Part shown: one piece after another, positions 39,838 through 48,573 of the stretch
Layout: every line of letters starts with the position of its first letter
How positions within the stretch are numbered: position 1 is the stretch's first letter
Source of the DNA: a phage
Strand: one strand, 5' to 3'
Sequence record: OZ346175.1
Length of the DNA stretch: 64,000 bases
Notes under the pieces: model-generated
Databases searched by the model: none
The model's input: only the letters and a program-made list of their open reading frames with translations
What the model was told of the DNA's origin: nothing
Program-made: the position numbers and the translations under genes

Positions 39838-40623
39838 ATGGGTATTGTAAAAATCATCAATGGGGATATCTTCTCAGCATTTGATAAAGGTAAGTTTGAT
39901 ATTATTGGTCACGGTTGTAACTGTATGAACTTAATGGGTGCAGGTATCGCTGATAAGATTTCTAAACTTTACCCAAAAGCATATGAGACCGATACAGAAG
40001 TTTATCTGTATGCAGGTGGTATAAGTCACAAACCCTGTGAAAATTTGCTAGGCAATTTCTCTGTAGCACGTTTAAAACAAGGCCGTATAGCCAATCTTTA
40101 CACTCAGCTTAAGACTGGTAAAGATGCCCGATACAGTGATTTAGAGTCATCTTTGAAGCAACTTAACAGATACTGTGAAGTTAATCAGTTGAAGAAAGTT
40201 GGCTTACCTATGATTGGTGCAGGTATCGGCGGACTAGACCCTCAAGCCGTCACAGTTATCATTAATCAGGTGATGAAGAGTGTAGATGTTTATCTGTATG
40301 TCTACGAAGGAGAGATGTACCACAAGTTACGCTCAGGTTGGAAGAATTACTGTGAACCAGAATACTTTGCAGGTGTAGTAGTGTTCATAGACGACACAGT
40401 TACCCTCTTCAGACGAAGAAAAGGTAAGGTACATCAAAGTAACCCTCCGGTTGAAAAGATGTCTCTAAGTAACGCTCTAGTTACCCACCTGTCGAAGAGC
40501 AATCACAGGATTGCAGTAACATTTGGCAGTGATGCAGATACATATATCTATGCAAGAACTGATGAGGATATCGAGTTAATCTTCTCTTCACCAGAGCTTA
40601 CCTTCTTAGACGCAAAGAACTAA
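39838..40623 (+). CDS. macro-domain (ADP-ribose binding/processing) protein
   Basis: Macro-like motifs IIGHGCNCMNLMGAGIA and GLPMIGAGIGGLD in N-terminal 150 aa, plus about 110-aa C-terminal extension. Confidence 0.55.
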   Translation: MGIVKIINGDIFSAFDKGKFDIIGHGCNCMNLMGAGIADKISKLYPKAYETDTEVYLYAGGISHKPCENLLGNFSVARLKQGRIANLYTQLKTGKDARYSDLESSLKQLNRYCEVNQLKKVGLPMIGAGIGGLDPQAVTVIINQVMKSVDVYLYVYEGEMYHKLRSGWKNYCEPEYFAGVVVFIDDTVTLFRRRKGKVHQSNPPVEKMSLSNALVTHLSKSNHRIAVTFGSDADTYIYARTDEDIELIFSSPELTFLDAKN

Positions 40624-40692
40624 GAAACTTCGTAGTAAATTCACAATAGACTAAGCCTTTCTTATCTGGTAAATTTTTCAGGTAAGGAGGGC

Positions 40693-40880
40693 TTTTTCAT
40701 TTCAGATTTGTGCAGGTAGAGTTCTGTAGAGAAATCTATAGAGAAAATTTTGAACTCCAAAGAGAAAATTCATTCTCAAACTGTGCAGGTAATCTCCAAA
40801 GAGCTTTTTCATTTTCAAAACGTGCAGACCCCGCTCAGGTCGGGCAAGAAAAATCATTTTAGAATTGTGCAGGTAGGTGG
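40693..40880. repeat. iteron-like direct repeats (4-5 copies)
   Basis: Repeated unit tttcatt(t)tca(a/g)a-N2-3-gtgcaggta near 40693, 40765, 40803, 40848, with an extra gtgcaggtgg at 40878. Confidence 0.6.
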
Positions 40881-41051
40881 GTGCAGGTGGGGATGTCGCC
40901 ATTTCTCACAAGGCTACCACATCTGGAAATAAAAGTCAACAGAAAAATTTGTAGCGGATTGAAAAATAATTCTTGATTGTAGTTCTGTTTTGTGGTAGTC
41001 GTGCGCGCCCGTTTCATTCCATTTTTGCCAAAAATATTTTAAAAATTTTTA

Positions 41052-41080
41052 TTGACTCTTTGAACGGGTTTTTATAGTAT
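41052..41080 (+). promoter_or_regulatory. sigma70-type promoter
   Basis: TTGACT-N17-TAGTAT in AT-rich region upstream of first small ORF. Confidence 0.5.
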
Positions 41081-41133
41081 TTGCATCAGACGGGGCGACA
41101 AGCTCACTACCTTAAACTAGGAGAATCTAAAAA

Positions 41134-41340
41134 ATGCTTTACAGTCGTGAATTGATGGTTACAACCAACGTTAATACAAATGTAAAACGCTTTTACATGC
41201 AAATTTGTGGCGTATGGTCTAGAATATCAGAAGCTGACTATTGCAACTATGTAGAAACAGCTATAAACTCTAATTGCTACCTTACAAGAAATACTAAGAA
41301 GTTTACAAGGCAAACAGCGATTTACTATTACGATAAATAA
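41134..41340 (+). CDS. hypothetical small protein
   Basis: 68 aa; preceded by conserved leader taaactaggaga-N8-ATG. Confidence 0.45.
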   Translation: MLYSRELMVTTNVNTNVKRFYMQICGVWSRISEADYCNYVETAINSNCYLTRNTKKFTRQTAIYYYDK

Positions 41341-41428
41341 AAAGTACTTTACAAGGGGCTTATAGTTCGATAAAGTAAGCCCCAGATAAAGAGCTTTACT
41401 AACTAACCTTAAACTAGGAGATTCAAAA
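41341..41428 (+). repeat. intergenic cassette family A, copy 1
   Basis: aaagtactttacaaggggctta-loop-taagcccc-agataaagagctttac...cttaaactaggagattcaaaaATG. Confidence 0.7.
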
Positions 41429-41812
41429 ATGGCTTATCGTGCACCGAAATTCATCAACAAAGACAACTTTCGCAAAGTACTGGAGAAGTCACTTGATGAA
41501 AATTTTAAAGGTAACATTATCGTTGTTCACGCATTCAATTTTAAGTATGATGTAAACGGGAATAGAATCAACCATTACACGGCAACCATGTTAGATGGTA
41601 CACTTTCAAGTGAAAAAGCCGTACTAAATGCACTGGCAGGACGTGGAAAGGTATTAGTAAGATGTGATAAGAGACGTTATCAGGGCGGCGCATATGGTTA
41701 TAATGATGCTGTTTACCATCTTGAAAATATGGGCTATCAAGTAGAAAAAGCTGGAGCATCACAAATCATCGGCAGCGATGGTTATGTAACAATCTTCAAA
41801 ATTAACGAATAA
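41429..41812 (+). CDS. hypothetical protein
   Basis: 127 aa; cassette-preceded. Confidence 0.5.
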   Translation: MAYRAPKFINKDNFRKVLEKSLDENFKGNIIVVHAFNFKYDVNGNRINHYTATMLDGTLSSEKAVLNALAGRGKVLVRCDKRRYQGGAYGYNDAVYHLENMGYQVEKAGASQIIGSDGYVTIFKINE

Positions 41813-41897
41813 AGTACTTTACAAGGGGCTTAAAAGTTGATATCTTAAGCCCCAGATAAAGAGCTTTACCACTAAATCCTAAACTGGAGATTCTAAA
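41811..41897 (+). repeat. intergenic cassette family A, copy 2
   Basis: Same cassette; stem ggggcttaa/ttaagcccc with different loop. Confidence 0.7.
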
Positions 41898-42410
41898 ATG
41901 AAAACTGTAGACGCTACCTTTGAAGTTGTAAAAGAAAAATTCACCATTATTTATGAAGCTGTCAATTGCTTTGAAGCAAGCCATAATCTTGATAATTGGA
42001 AGTTTACAGATGACCATCAAGGCGGTGTGACGATTAAAAATCCTAACTGTCAGCGTAATGATTTTAAATATGCAATCCCTTTACATTACAGCCTTAAACA
42101 GCTTTCTAGTGACTATGCAAAACAAGGCCGGGAAAATCCATCAAAAGAGGCTTACGCAAGCTTACAGAAAGAACTAGAAAGAGATTTAGAGGCTTCAGAG
42201 TACAACCTTGCCGCGAAAGTTGTGGATGCAAACGGTAACACGGTTTTAGAAAGTTTTTATCTTGGTTATGCTTTCGATTGGTGCTATCGTGACGGTGAGG
42301 ATTTAGAAGATAGACTAAAAGAAGAGGTGAGCAATTCAGACGCAGAGGCTGAAGTATTAGAACGTTTGGAAGCATTAAAAGATTCAGTGATGAATATCTT
42401 TAAGAACTAA
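41898..42410 (+). CDS. hypothetical protein
   Basis: 170 aa; cassette-preceded; acidic C-terminus. Confidence 0.5.
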   Translation: MKTVDATFEVVKEKFTIIYEAVNCFEASHNLDNWKFTDDHQGGVTIKNPNCQRNDFKYAIPLHYSLKQLSSDYAKQGRENPSKEAYASLQKELERDLEASEYNLAAKVVDANGNTVLESFYLGYAFDWCYRDGEDLEDRLKEEVSNSDAEAEVLERLEALKDSVMNIFKN

Positions 42411-42500
42411 ATAGACCTCTTTACACGGGGCTAACAAGCTGATATGATAGCCCCAGATAAAGAGCTTTACCACTCAATCCTTAAACTAGGAGACTCAAAA
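42411..42500 (+). repeat. intergenic cassette family A, copy 3
   Basis: Stem ggggcta/tagcccc with compensatory change relative to copies 1 and 2. Confidence 0.65.
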
Positions 42501-42797
42501 ATGAAATTATCGAATAAAGTTCGTGAAAATCTAAGCAAGTTACTCAACAAAATTGATTTTATCGAGACATCAAGAAATAGCCATGATGTTATGGAATGGT
42601 TACACGGAAAAATAAAAGGTCATCGTGTAGTGATTTGCTTATGGAATAGTTGCAGGGAGTATAAAAACCCTGTATTGCAAGTCAATATTTACGATGATAC
42701 TTTTAAAAGTCCAGTAAAGTCTAAAAGTGACTTATTAGAAGCCTATGAGATAACTGTAAACGGCAAAGTGTCACGTAAAGAGGAAACACCATGTTAA
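42501..42797 (+). CDS. hypothetical protein
   Basis: ORF 42444..42797 trimmed to Met (MKLSNKV) placed after cassette RBS. Confidence 0.5.
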   Translation: MKLSNKVRENLSKLLNKIDFIETSRNSHDVMEWLHGKIKGHRVVICLWNSCREYKNPVLQVNIYDDTFKSPVKSKSDLLEAYEITVNGKVSRKEETPC

Positions 42798-43123
42798 TGA
42801 CTGGTATCACTGCAATCATTGCCATTCTCGCGCTGTATAAGGCATATAAAGCCTATAATCTAGCAAATAAGGCAATCACACAGCAGGTTAGCAATAACCT
42901 CGTAGAGAGCTTTCTAGGGCGTCTCAGTGATGAGCAAATAAAGCGGCTAGAGATGAGCTTCAGATATAAAGCGAAAACCTATCAGATAAGTGACATCTTC
43001 AAAGATGATTTTCAGTTAGTCGATGATTATAATTCTCTGATAAATGCTTTAAATATCAGTGACTTAAAAGACTACTACGCTGTAATTGTTCAAGAATTGA
43101 GCAAACGGAAACAAAATGTTTGA
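42791..43123 (+). CDS. hypothetical protein
   Basis: 110 aa; hydrophobic N-terminus (ITAIIAILALY). Confidence 0.45.
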   Translation: MLMTGITAIIAILALYKAYKAYNLANKAITQQVSNNLVESFLGRLSDEQIKRLEMSFRYKAKTYQISDIFKDDFQLVDDYNSLINALNISDLKDYYAVIVQELSKRKQNV

Positions 43124-43149
43124 CACTGGTTTTTAGATAGGTTAAATTA

Positions 43150-43212
43150 CACATCAACGGGGAGGGAATGACCTTCCCCACTAAATAAAGTCCTAAACTG
43201 GAGATTCAAAAA
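43150..43212 (+). repeat. intergenic cassette family B, copy 1
   Basis: atcaacggggagggaatgaccttccccactaaataaagtcctaaactggagattcaaaaaATG. Confidence 0.65.
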
Positions 43213-43380
43213 ATGTTTTGTGCAGGTGATAAAGTTGTCTGGAATGATATAGATGACGGTTTATGTACGAAAGTTGTTGTTATCTTAGAAATTGATTATA
43301 TCACTGGTGTTGCAACTGTAGCAGATAATGATATAATCTTTGACGTCTTAATTAGTGAACTGTCAAAATAAAATCCTTAA
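43213..43380 (+). CDS. hypothetical small protein
   Basis: 55-aa ORF (MFCAGDKVVWNDIDDG...) after family B cassette; below ORF-track size cut-off. Confidence 0.4.
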
Positions 43381-43396
43381 ACTAGGAGCTTTTAAA

Positions 43397-43669
43397 ATGT
43401 ATACTACTAACAACGGTCGCACCTTAAACGTAACCCTTCGTCACTATGTGAACGGTGTAATGCACTTCGAGGATTTACAAGCCGAACAACATATCTTAGA
43501 TTGGCAACTTGCAGGACTACAAAAAACTGCTACAGGATACGGGAAAAAGATTCCAACCAGTTGGAAAGTATACTACGAAGGCCGTTTGCGCAGAATTTAT
43601 CAGGATGTGCAAAGCAATAGCGCATCGAGTTACATCATAGTAAAAGGTAAAAAGCTGCATTTAGTGTAA
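43397..43669 (+). CDS. hypothetical protein
   Basis: ORF 43355..43669 trimmed to Met (MYTTNNGR) after taaactaggag leader. Confidence 0.45.
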   Translation: MYTTNNGRTLNVTLRHYVNGVMHFEDLQAEQHILDWQLAGLQKTATGYGKKIPTSWKVYYEGRLRRIYQDVQSNSASSYIIVKGKKLHLV

Positions 43670-43755
43670 AGTACTTTACAAGGGGCTTATAGTTCGATAA
43701 AGTAAGCCCCAGATAAAGAGCTTTACCACTAAATCCTAAATTGGAGAACTTAAAA
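43668..43755 (+). repeat. intergenic cassette family A, copy 4
   Basis: Near-identical to copy 1. Confidence 0.7.
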
Positions 43756-44160
43756 ATGGCTATTAATAACCGTGAGTTATCAATCTTAAAAGCACGTTTG
43801 ACCGTTAACCGGATTAATGTTATCACGTCATCAGCGCCTGATGAGACATTGCACAACATTATTGGGAAGATTCAAAGCGTTATCTTAGACGTTGAAAACG
43901 TAAAAAACTCATTGACTGACGTTGCAGCAGGTATCACGCTAGACGGTGCACAATATGAAATGACCGACATGTTAGGCAAATCTAAGGTAATGAATAAAGA
44001 GCTTGATTTGAAAATGTTTCGGTTTGCTGTTAAAGTGTGGCTATCTGTCGAGTATGACGCTAACTTTGCAATCGCTGACTTTTTCGCCACTTGGTTACAA
44101 CGTAATTTGACAAATCATGATTTTCGTGGTATCTGTGATGCAATTTATGCAGAACTCTAA
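43756..44160 (+). CDS. hypothetical protein
   Basis: ORF 43741..44160 trimmed to Met (MAINNRE) after cassette. Confidence 0.5.
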   Translation: MAINNRELSILKARLTVNRINVITSSAPDETLHNIIGKIQSVILDVENVKNSLTDVAAGITLDGAQYEMTDMLGKSKVMNKELDLKMFRFAVKVWLSVEYDANFAIADFFATWLQRNLTNHDFRGICDAIYAEL

Positions 44161-44194
44161 AAATTTATCTTGATTTTGGTTTTTAAAACAAGTA

Positions 44195-44261
44195 AATTAC
44201 TAATCAACGGGAGGTAATAGCCTCCCCACTAAACAAAGTCCTTAAACTAGGAGATTCAAAA
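44195..44261 (+). repeat. intergenic cassette family B, copy 2
   Basis: Variant stem gggagg-taatag-cctccc (compensatory relative to copy 1). Confidence 0.65.
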
Positions 44262-44465
44262 ATGGCTATTATTAACGGTTTAACCATTGAAACTACACAC
44301 ATCAAAGATATTAAAGTCGGTGATGTAGTTCTCTTTCACGGCGTAGAAAAAACCGTCACGGCGAAAGATATTACAGAGGACTCCTTCATGGGTAGGTCAC
44401 TCTTCGGTGATTCTTATTGCTTAGGTTACCGTGCAGTTTTAAAAGTTGTAAAAAATAACCGATAA
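44262..44465 (+). CDS. hypothetical small protein
   Basis: 67 aa; cassette-preceded. Confidence 0.45.
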   Translation: MAIINGLTIETTHIKDIKVGDVVLFHGVEKTVTAKDITEDSFMGRSLFGDSYCLGYRAVLKVVKNNR

Positions 44466-44550
44466 AGTACTTTACAAGGGGCTTATAGTTCGATAAAGTA
44501 AGCCCCAGATAAAGAGCTTTACCACTAAATCCTAAACTGGAGATTCTAAA
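44462..44550 (+). repeat. intergenic cassette family A, copy 5
   Basis: Near-identical to copy 1. Confidence 0.7.
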
Positions 44551-45093
44551 ATGAAATGCTTTCACGGTACTACCCAAGAAAATTTCCTCAACCTGATTAA
44601 TAACGGTGACAAGCCATCAGGTGCATGGAATTGTTCGGATATGGACGGCAATTTTTACGTGTACCCAGAAAATAAAATCTATGGCGACGATGAGGAAGAG
44701 ATAATCTCTGAAGGTATCCAGCAAGCGTTAGGTAATGCCACTATTACGGCCGCTTTCCAGATGAAAACCCAAAATATTGTTATCTTAGAACTTGATATCC
44801 CAGAGGATGACCTAAATGACGATTATTCTTGTGATAATATGTCTGGCGTAGCAAGTTTTACAGAATACTTCGATTTAAATTGGATTAAAAAGGTTTACGT
44901 AACAGAGTTTAACGCTATGTATTCGCCTTTTTGTCTTCCTTCATTGGATAACCCAAATTTAAATTATCTTGATGAGTCTCTGGAGCTTCTTGCTAAAAGT
45001 GTCCAACAGTCGGGCAGTATTCAGGTTTTTTGTGACATCATGGACACACTAACGGGAAACATCGCAGAAGAGGATTTAAAGAGCTTTTTCTAA
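44551..45093 (+). CDS. hypothetical acidic protein
   Basis: 180 aa, Asp/Glu-rich; cassette-preceded. Confidence 0.5.
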   Translation: MKCFHGTTQENFLNLINNGDKPSGAWNCSDMDGNFYVYPENKIYGDDEEEIISEGIQQALGNATITAAFQMKTQNIVILELDIPEDDLNDDYSCDNMSGVASFTEYFDLNWIKKVYVTEFNAMYSPFCLPSLDNPNLNYLDESLELLAKSVQQSGSIQVFCDIMDTLTGNIAEEDLKSFF

Positions 45094-45159
45094 AAACCTA
45101 TGCAATCGCCTTATAAACACTGATTAGCCCCTCACAGGGGCTTTTAAGAGGCTTAAATC

Positions 45160-45393
45160 ATGCTTACAACCGTTTATCTTATCCTTTCTATTTGTAATGG
45201 TCATTCATGTGATTTTAAAGGGCTTGAGGAGTTTACAGGAAGTAAAGAAAATGCTGTTCAGGTCTGTCAGATAGCAAGGCAAGACTACCCCGCCAGTGAT
45301 GACATACAATGTTACTTTAAGACAGAAGATGAAGATGGTATCTATTTCGATAGTGTAGACGGTCAATATGAAATAATTATAGAAAAAGACTAG
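45160..45393 (+). CDS. hypothetical small protein
   Basis: 77 aa; preceded by small hairpin gcccctcacaggggc. Confidence 0.4.
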   Translation: MLTTVYLILSICNGHSCDFKGLEEFTGSKENAVQVCQIARQDYPASDDIQCYFKTEDEDGIYFDSVDGQYEIIIEKD

Positions 45394-45409
45394 ACAAGCC
45401 TGATAAAAA

Positions 45410-45483
45410 TCTGTAAATTACTAATCAACGGGGAGGGAATGACCTTCCCCACTAAACAAAATCCTAAACTGGAGATTTAAAAA
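45410..45483 (+). repeat. intergenic cassette family B, copy 3
   Basis: ctgtaaattactaatcaacggggagggaatgaccttcccc...ctaaactggagatttaaaaaATG. Confidence 0.65.
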
Positions 45484-45825
45484 ATGGCTTATGTAACCGT
45501 AATTACTGATAAAGAGGGTTCATCTTGGTCAACTCAGGTTAGTGATAAGATGTCGCCTATGCAGTGCCTAAAATACTTTGAACAGTGGAACAAAGGCGAG
45601 GACACAAGCCCCTTTCAAGTGATGAAGATTATCCATGTAGACAATGAAGGGAAGAAAACGACTTTAAACAGTGAGTTCTATGCAACCCGATTTGAAACGA
45701 GATGTAAAACGATGAAGTTATTACGTGAATCCGGTTATGCCCATATCGCCGCGTTAATCTGGGATGACCTGCTAAAAAGTCAGCGTATCAGCTATGTAAA
45801 ACCTGAAAAAATATTCATCAGTTAA
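45484..45825 (+). CDS. hypothetical protein
   Basis: 113 aa; cassette-preceded. Confidence 0.5.
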   Translation: MAYVTVITDKEGSSWSTQVSDKMSPMQCLKYFEQWNKGEDTSPFQVMKIIHVDNEGKKTTLNSEFYATRFETRCKTMKLLRESGYAHIAALIWDDLLKSQRISYVKPEKIFIS

Positions 45826-45857
45826 TCAATAACTTACAAAAAACTTTCAAAAAAGTA

Positions 45858-45886
45858 TTGACAACGCCCCTTGACATTGGTAGATT
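45858..45886 (+). promoter_or_regulatory. sigma70-type promoter
   Basis: TTGACA-N17-TAGATT. Confidence 0.45.
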
Positions 45887-45984
45887 TGTTCGAGGGGGTT
45901 TATCTAAAAGGGATTAACTTAAAAGATTCTTTATAGATAAACTTAAAAAAATTGCTTGCAATCAGATATCAAAACAAGTAAATT

Positions 45985-46046
45985 ACTAATCAACGGGATG
46001 TAATAGCCTCCCCACTAAACAAAGTCCTTAAACTAGGAGATTCAAA
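45985..46046 (+). repeat. intergenic cassette family B, copy 4
   Basis: Same as copy 2 with one loop substitution. Confidence 0.65.
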
Positions 46047-46577
46047 ATGAACAAATTTCAAGCTATCAACTACATTCGCTCAAATGCTGTAATGTCTAAG
46101 CCTGTTAAAGATACCTATGAATTTCGCTGCAATGGGGTACACTTTGCAACCATCACTAAATCAGAAAACGGGGCTTATTACGTTCATCGTCGTAATGTTG
46201 CAACCGTTGTAGTCTCTCACTTTATGCAAGCTGTAGCAGAGTTATTACCGCTATTCTTAGGGATTTACTTGGATGAGTGTAAAAACGTTCACAACCACGT
46301 TAAAAACCTTTTAAACGGTTATAAAATGGCTTATGAACGTTCTATCAAGTCCTTAAACAAGTTCTATAAAGCCCCTGTAAATACTGTTTCAATGGCCTAC
46401 GCTGCAAATGGTGAAAGAGTAAACCTATCCAATGTGGAAGATATCGAGCTTTACGACCATCGGCCTAACGGTTACTCTCAGACACTCGGTGAAGGTTTAA
46501 CGTTCAATATCAAGAACTTAGAAAAAACTTTAAAAGATATTGAAAAAGATATTGACGAGACAATCAAAAATCTGTAA
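46047..46577 (+). CDS. hypothetical protein
   Basis: 176 aa; cassette-preceded. Confidence 0.5.
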   Translation: MNKFQAINYIRSNAVMSKPVKDTYEFRCNGVHFATITKSENGAYYVHRRNVATVVVSHFMQAVAELLPLFLGIYLDECKNVHNHVKNLLNGYKMAYERSIKSLNKFYKAPVNTVSMAYAANGERVNLSNVEDIELYDHRPNGYSQTLGEGLTFNIKNLEKTLKDIEKDIDETIKNL

Positions 46578-46645
46578 ATTGTCAATCAACGGGGAGGGAA
46601 TGACCTTCCCCCCTAAATAAAATCCTTAAACTAGGAGATTCAAAA
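46575..46645 (+). repeat. intergenic cassette family B, copy 5
   Basis: ctgtaaattgtcaatcaacggggagggaatgaccttcccc... Confidence 0.65.
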
Positions 46646-46894
46646 ATGGCAACTATCCGCGCAACTGTTAACGAATTTGGCTTCTACTCTCTGGATGTTA
46701 AATTTGACCTTGTAGGCACTGACAACGCCTTTGAAATGGTGAAAGGTCTTATCAGTCAGACCATCAAGGACTATAATCCTTCTGATGAGTTCTGGAAAGA
46801 AACAAAACAGGAAGTTCTCAAAGAGGGTTATTCTTATCACTATTGGGGTGAAAAAATTGTCTCTCTGTACTACGACAAAGAAGGCACTAACTAA
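46646..46894 (+). CDS. hypothetical protein
   Basis: 82 aa; last gene of rightward block. Confidence 0.5.
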   Translation: MATIRATVNEFGFYSLDVKFDLVGTDNAFEMVKGLISQTIKDYNPSDEFWKETKQEVLKEGYSYHYWGEKIVSLYYDKEGTN

Positions 46895-46932
46895 ACGCCG
46901 CAACGGGGCTAAATAGCCCCAGATACCTTTAC

Positions 46933-46955
46933 AGCCCCTTAAATGGGGCTTTTTT
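46933..46955 (+). terminator. rho-independent terminator
   Basis: agcccctt-aaat-ggggct hairpin followed by TTTTTT. Confidence 0.6.
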
Positions 46956-46965
46956 ACGTCTTATC

Positions 46966-48570
46966 AAACCCCTTATACAACCCTTTCCCTTTCCTTTCCT
47001 TTCCTTTCCAGAATCTTATCAGACCTTAAAAAGCAATAACTTTACAGCCTTTTACTAAGTCAATTAATTGGCCTTATTAATAAGCCCTTAAACATAAGCC
47101 AATAACCCCAGAAAGGGGGCAACCCATTTAAACGCCATATAAAGCCCTATAACGGCCTTTTTAACCTAACTTAAGGGATTGCATTACCTCACCCTTAAAA
47201 GCCCTTTATAAAGCTTCACAGAGCCTTAAAAGAATCTTATAAGGGTGTAAGCTTTATTATCTCGTTAGCTATCTTGTGAACTACTAAACAACCCCCTTGA
47301 TAGTAACTGAAAAGTATGTTATAGGGGCTTTAAAGTTACTTTGAAGTAGCTTAAAAGTTACGTAAATGCTAGCCCCCTTAACATTTTCTTAACAATTTCT
47401 TAACAAACTCTACATAGTTATGCTTGTTAGGGACTTGTTAGCCCCTTGTTAAATCTCTGTTACAACCATGTAAAAGCCTTGTAAGAGTCTTTGACATAGC
47501 CTTTAAAGCCCCTGTAAAGCCCTATAAAGAGCTTTCTACATAGTTGGGGTGTAATTACTAGGAAGAGGCTTAAAAGAGCTTACAAGGAGCTATAGAGAGC
47601 TTTTAAGAGGTATGTTAAGAGAATCACTAAGAGGGAAAGGGAACGATAAGAAAAGAGATAGTGACCATGTAATAGCTTGTTAAAAAGGTTAAACACTTGT
47701 TAGGAACTTGTTAATTGTCTTAACAAAATAACCCTTTAAAATTAACTTGTTAGCTCTTGTTAGTCATCTGTTAAGCATCTGTAAAGACTATTCAGCACTT
47801 GTTAATTGGTATTGTTACCAATCCCTAGAAAACTGTTAAGCCCTTGTTAGTTCTGTTAAGAAACTGTTAAGACCTTTGAAGAGTTGTTAAGAAGATGTGA
47901 GAGCTGTTAAGAGATTGTTAAGGATATTTTAAAATTTTGCAAAGTACTTGTAAGGGAGTTGTTAAGGGCTACCAAGCAGATATACATCCTAATCAGATAT
48001 TTTTCAGTTCCTTCAAAGACCCTAAAAAATGACTTGATAGTCCTATTTTATAAAAATTTTAAGATTCTGAATAATTACCTAGACAGTCTTTTAAAAATAC
48101 AGGTAATAACAGGCTTATAAGATACCTTGTTAGTACCGTGTTAGACCTTGTGAGATAAGGTCTGTAAAGATATTCCTGTTAAGTTTGTTAAAACAGTCTA
48201 TATAGAGGCTTAGTAATACCTAGTGAACACCTATAGAGAGTCACATAGCTAACCTAGAGATTAAGAGGTGTATAGGAGCTTCTAAGAGTGTGTAGAGAGA
48301 TGATTAAGGTGATTGTATAGGTTGTTTAGAAGGCTTGTTAGAAGAGTGTTTAGAGGGCTATTTAGAAGGGCTATACAGAGGGCTATTAAGACCACTAGAT
48401 AGTTACTAAGATACTATATAGTACTATATAACTATATAGAGAGTAAGATTAAGAAGGTTGTTAAGGAGGATAGATACTTTGTTCACATATGATGGTGGCC
48501 CAGAGGTTGGGACAACCGATAAAATTTTATAAAAATTAAAAAGCCCCCAATTAAGGAGGCTCTTAAGATA
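46966..48570. repeat. ORF-free repeat-dense region between convergent transcription units
   Basis: No ORF of 60 aa or more in any frame; (CCTTT)n tract near 46980-47010; more than 20 copies of (c)ttgttag/(c)tgttaag around 47395-47930; gggctat(t/a)(t/c)aga(a/g)g and ctatata repeats around 48300-48450. Confidence 0.7.
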
Positions 48571-48573
48571 TTT

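Noticed and set aside
41341-41428. Cassette hairpins as intrinsic terminators
   Set aside because: The GC-rich stems are not followed by a U-tract on either strand, so they are reported as repeat cassettes rather than terminators.
46966-48570. Possible CRISPR array in the repeat-dense region
   Set aside because: The repeats are only 7-13 bp, irregularly spaced and degenerate, with no regular repeat-spacer periodicity.
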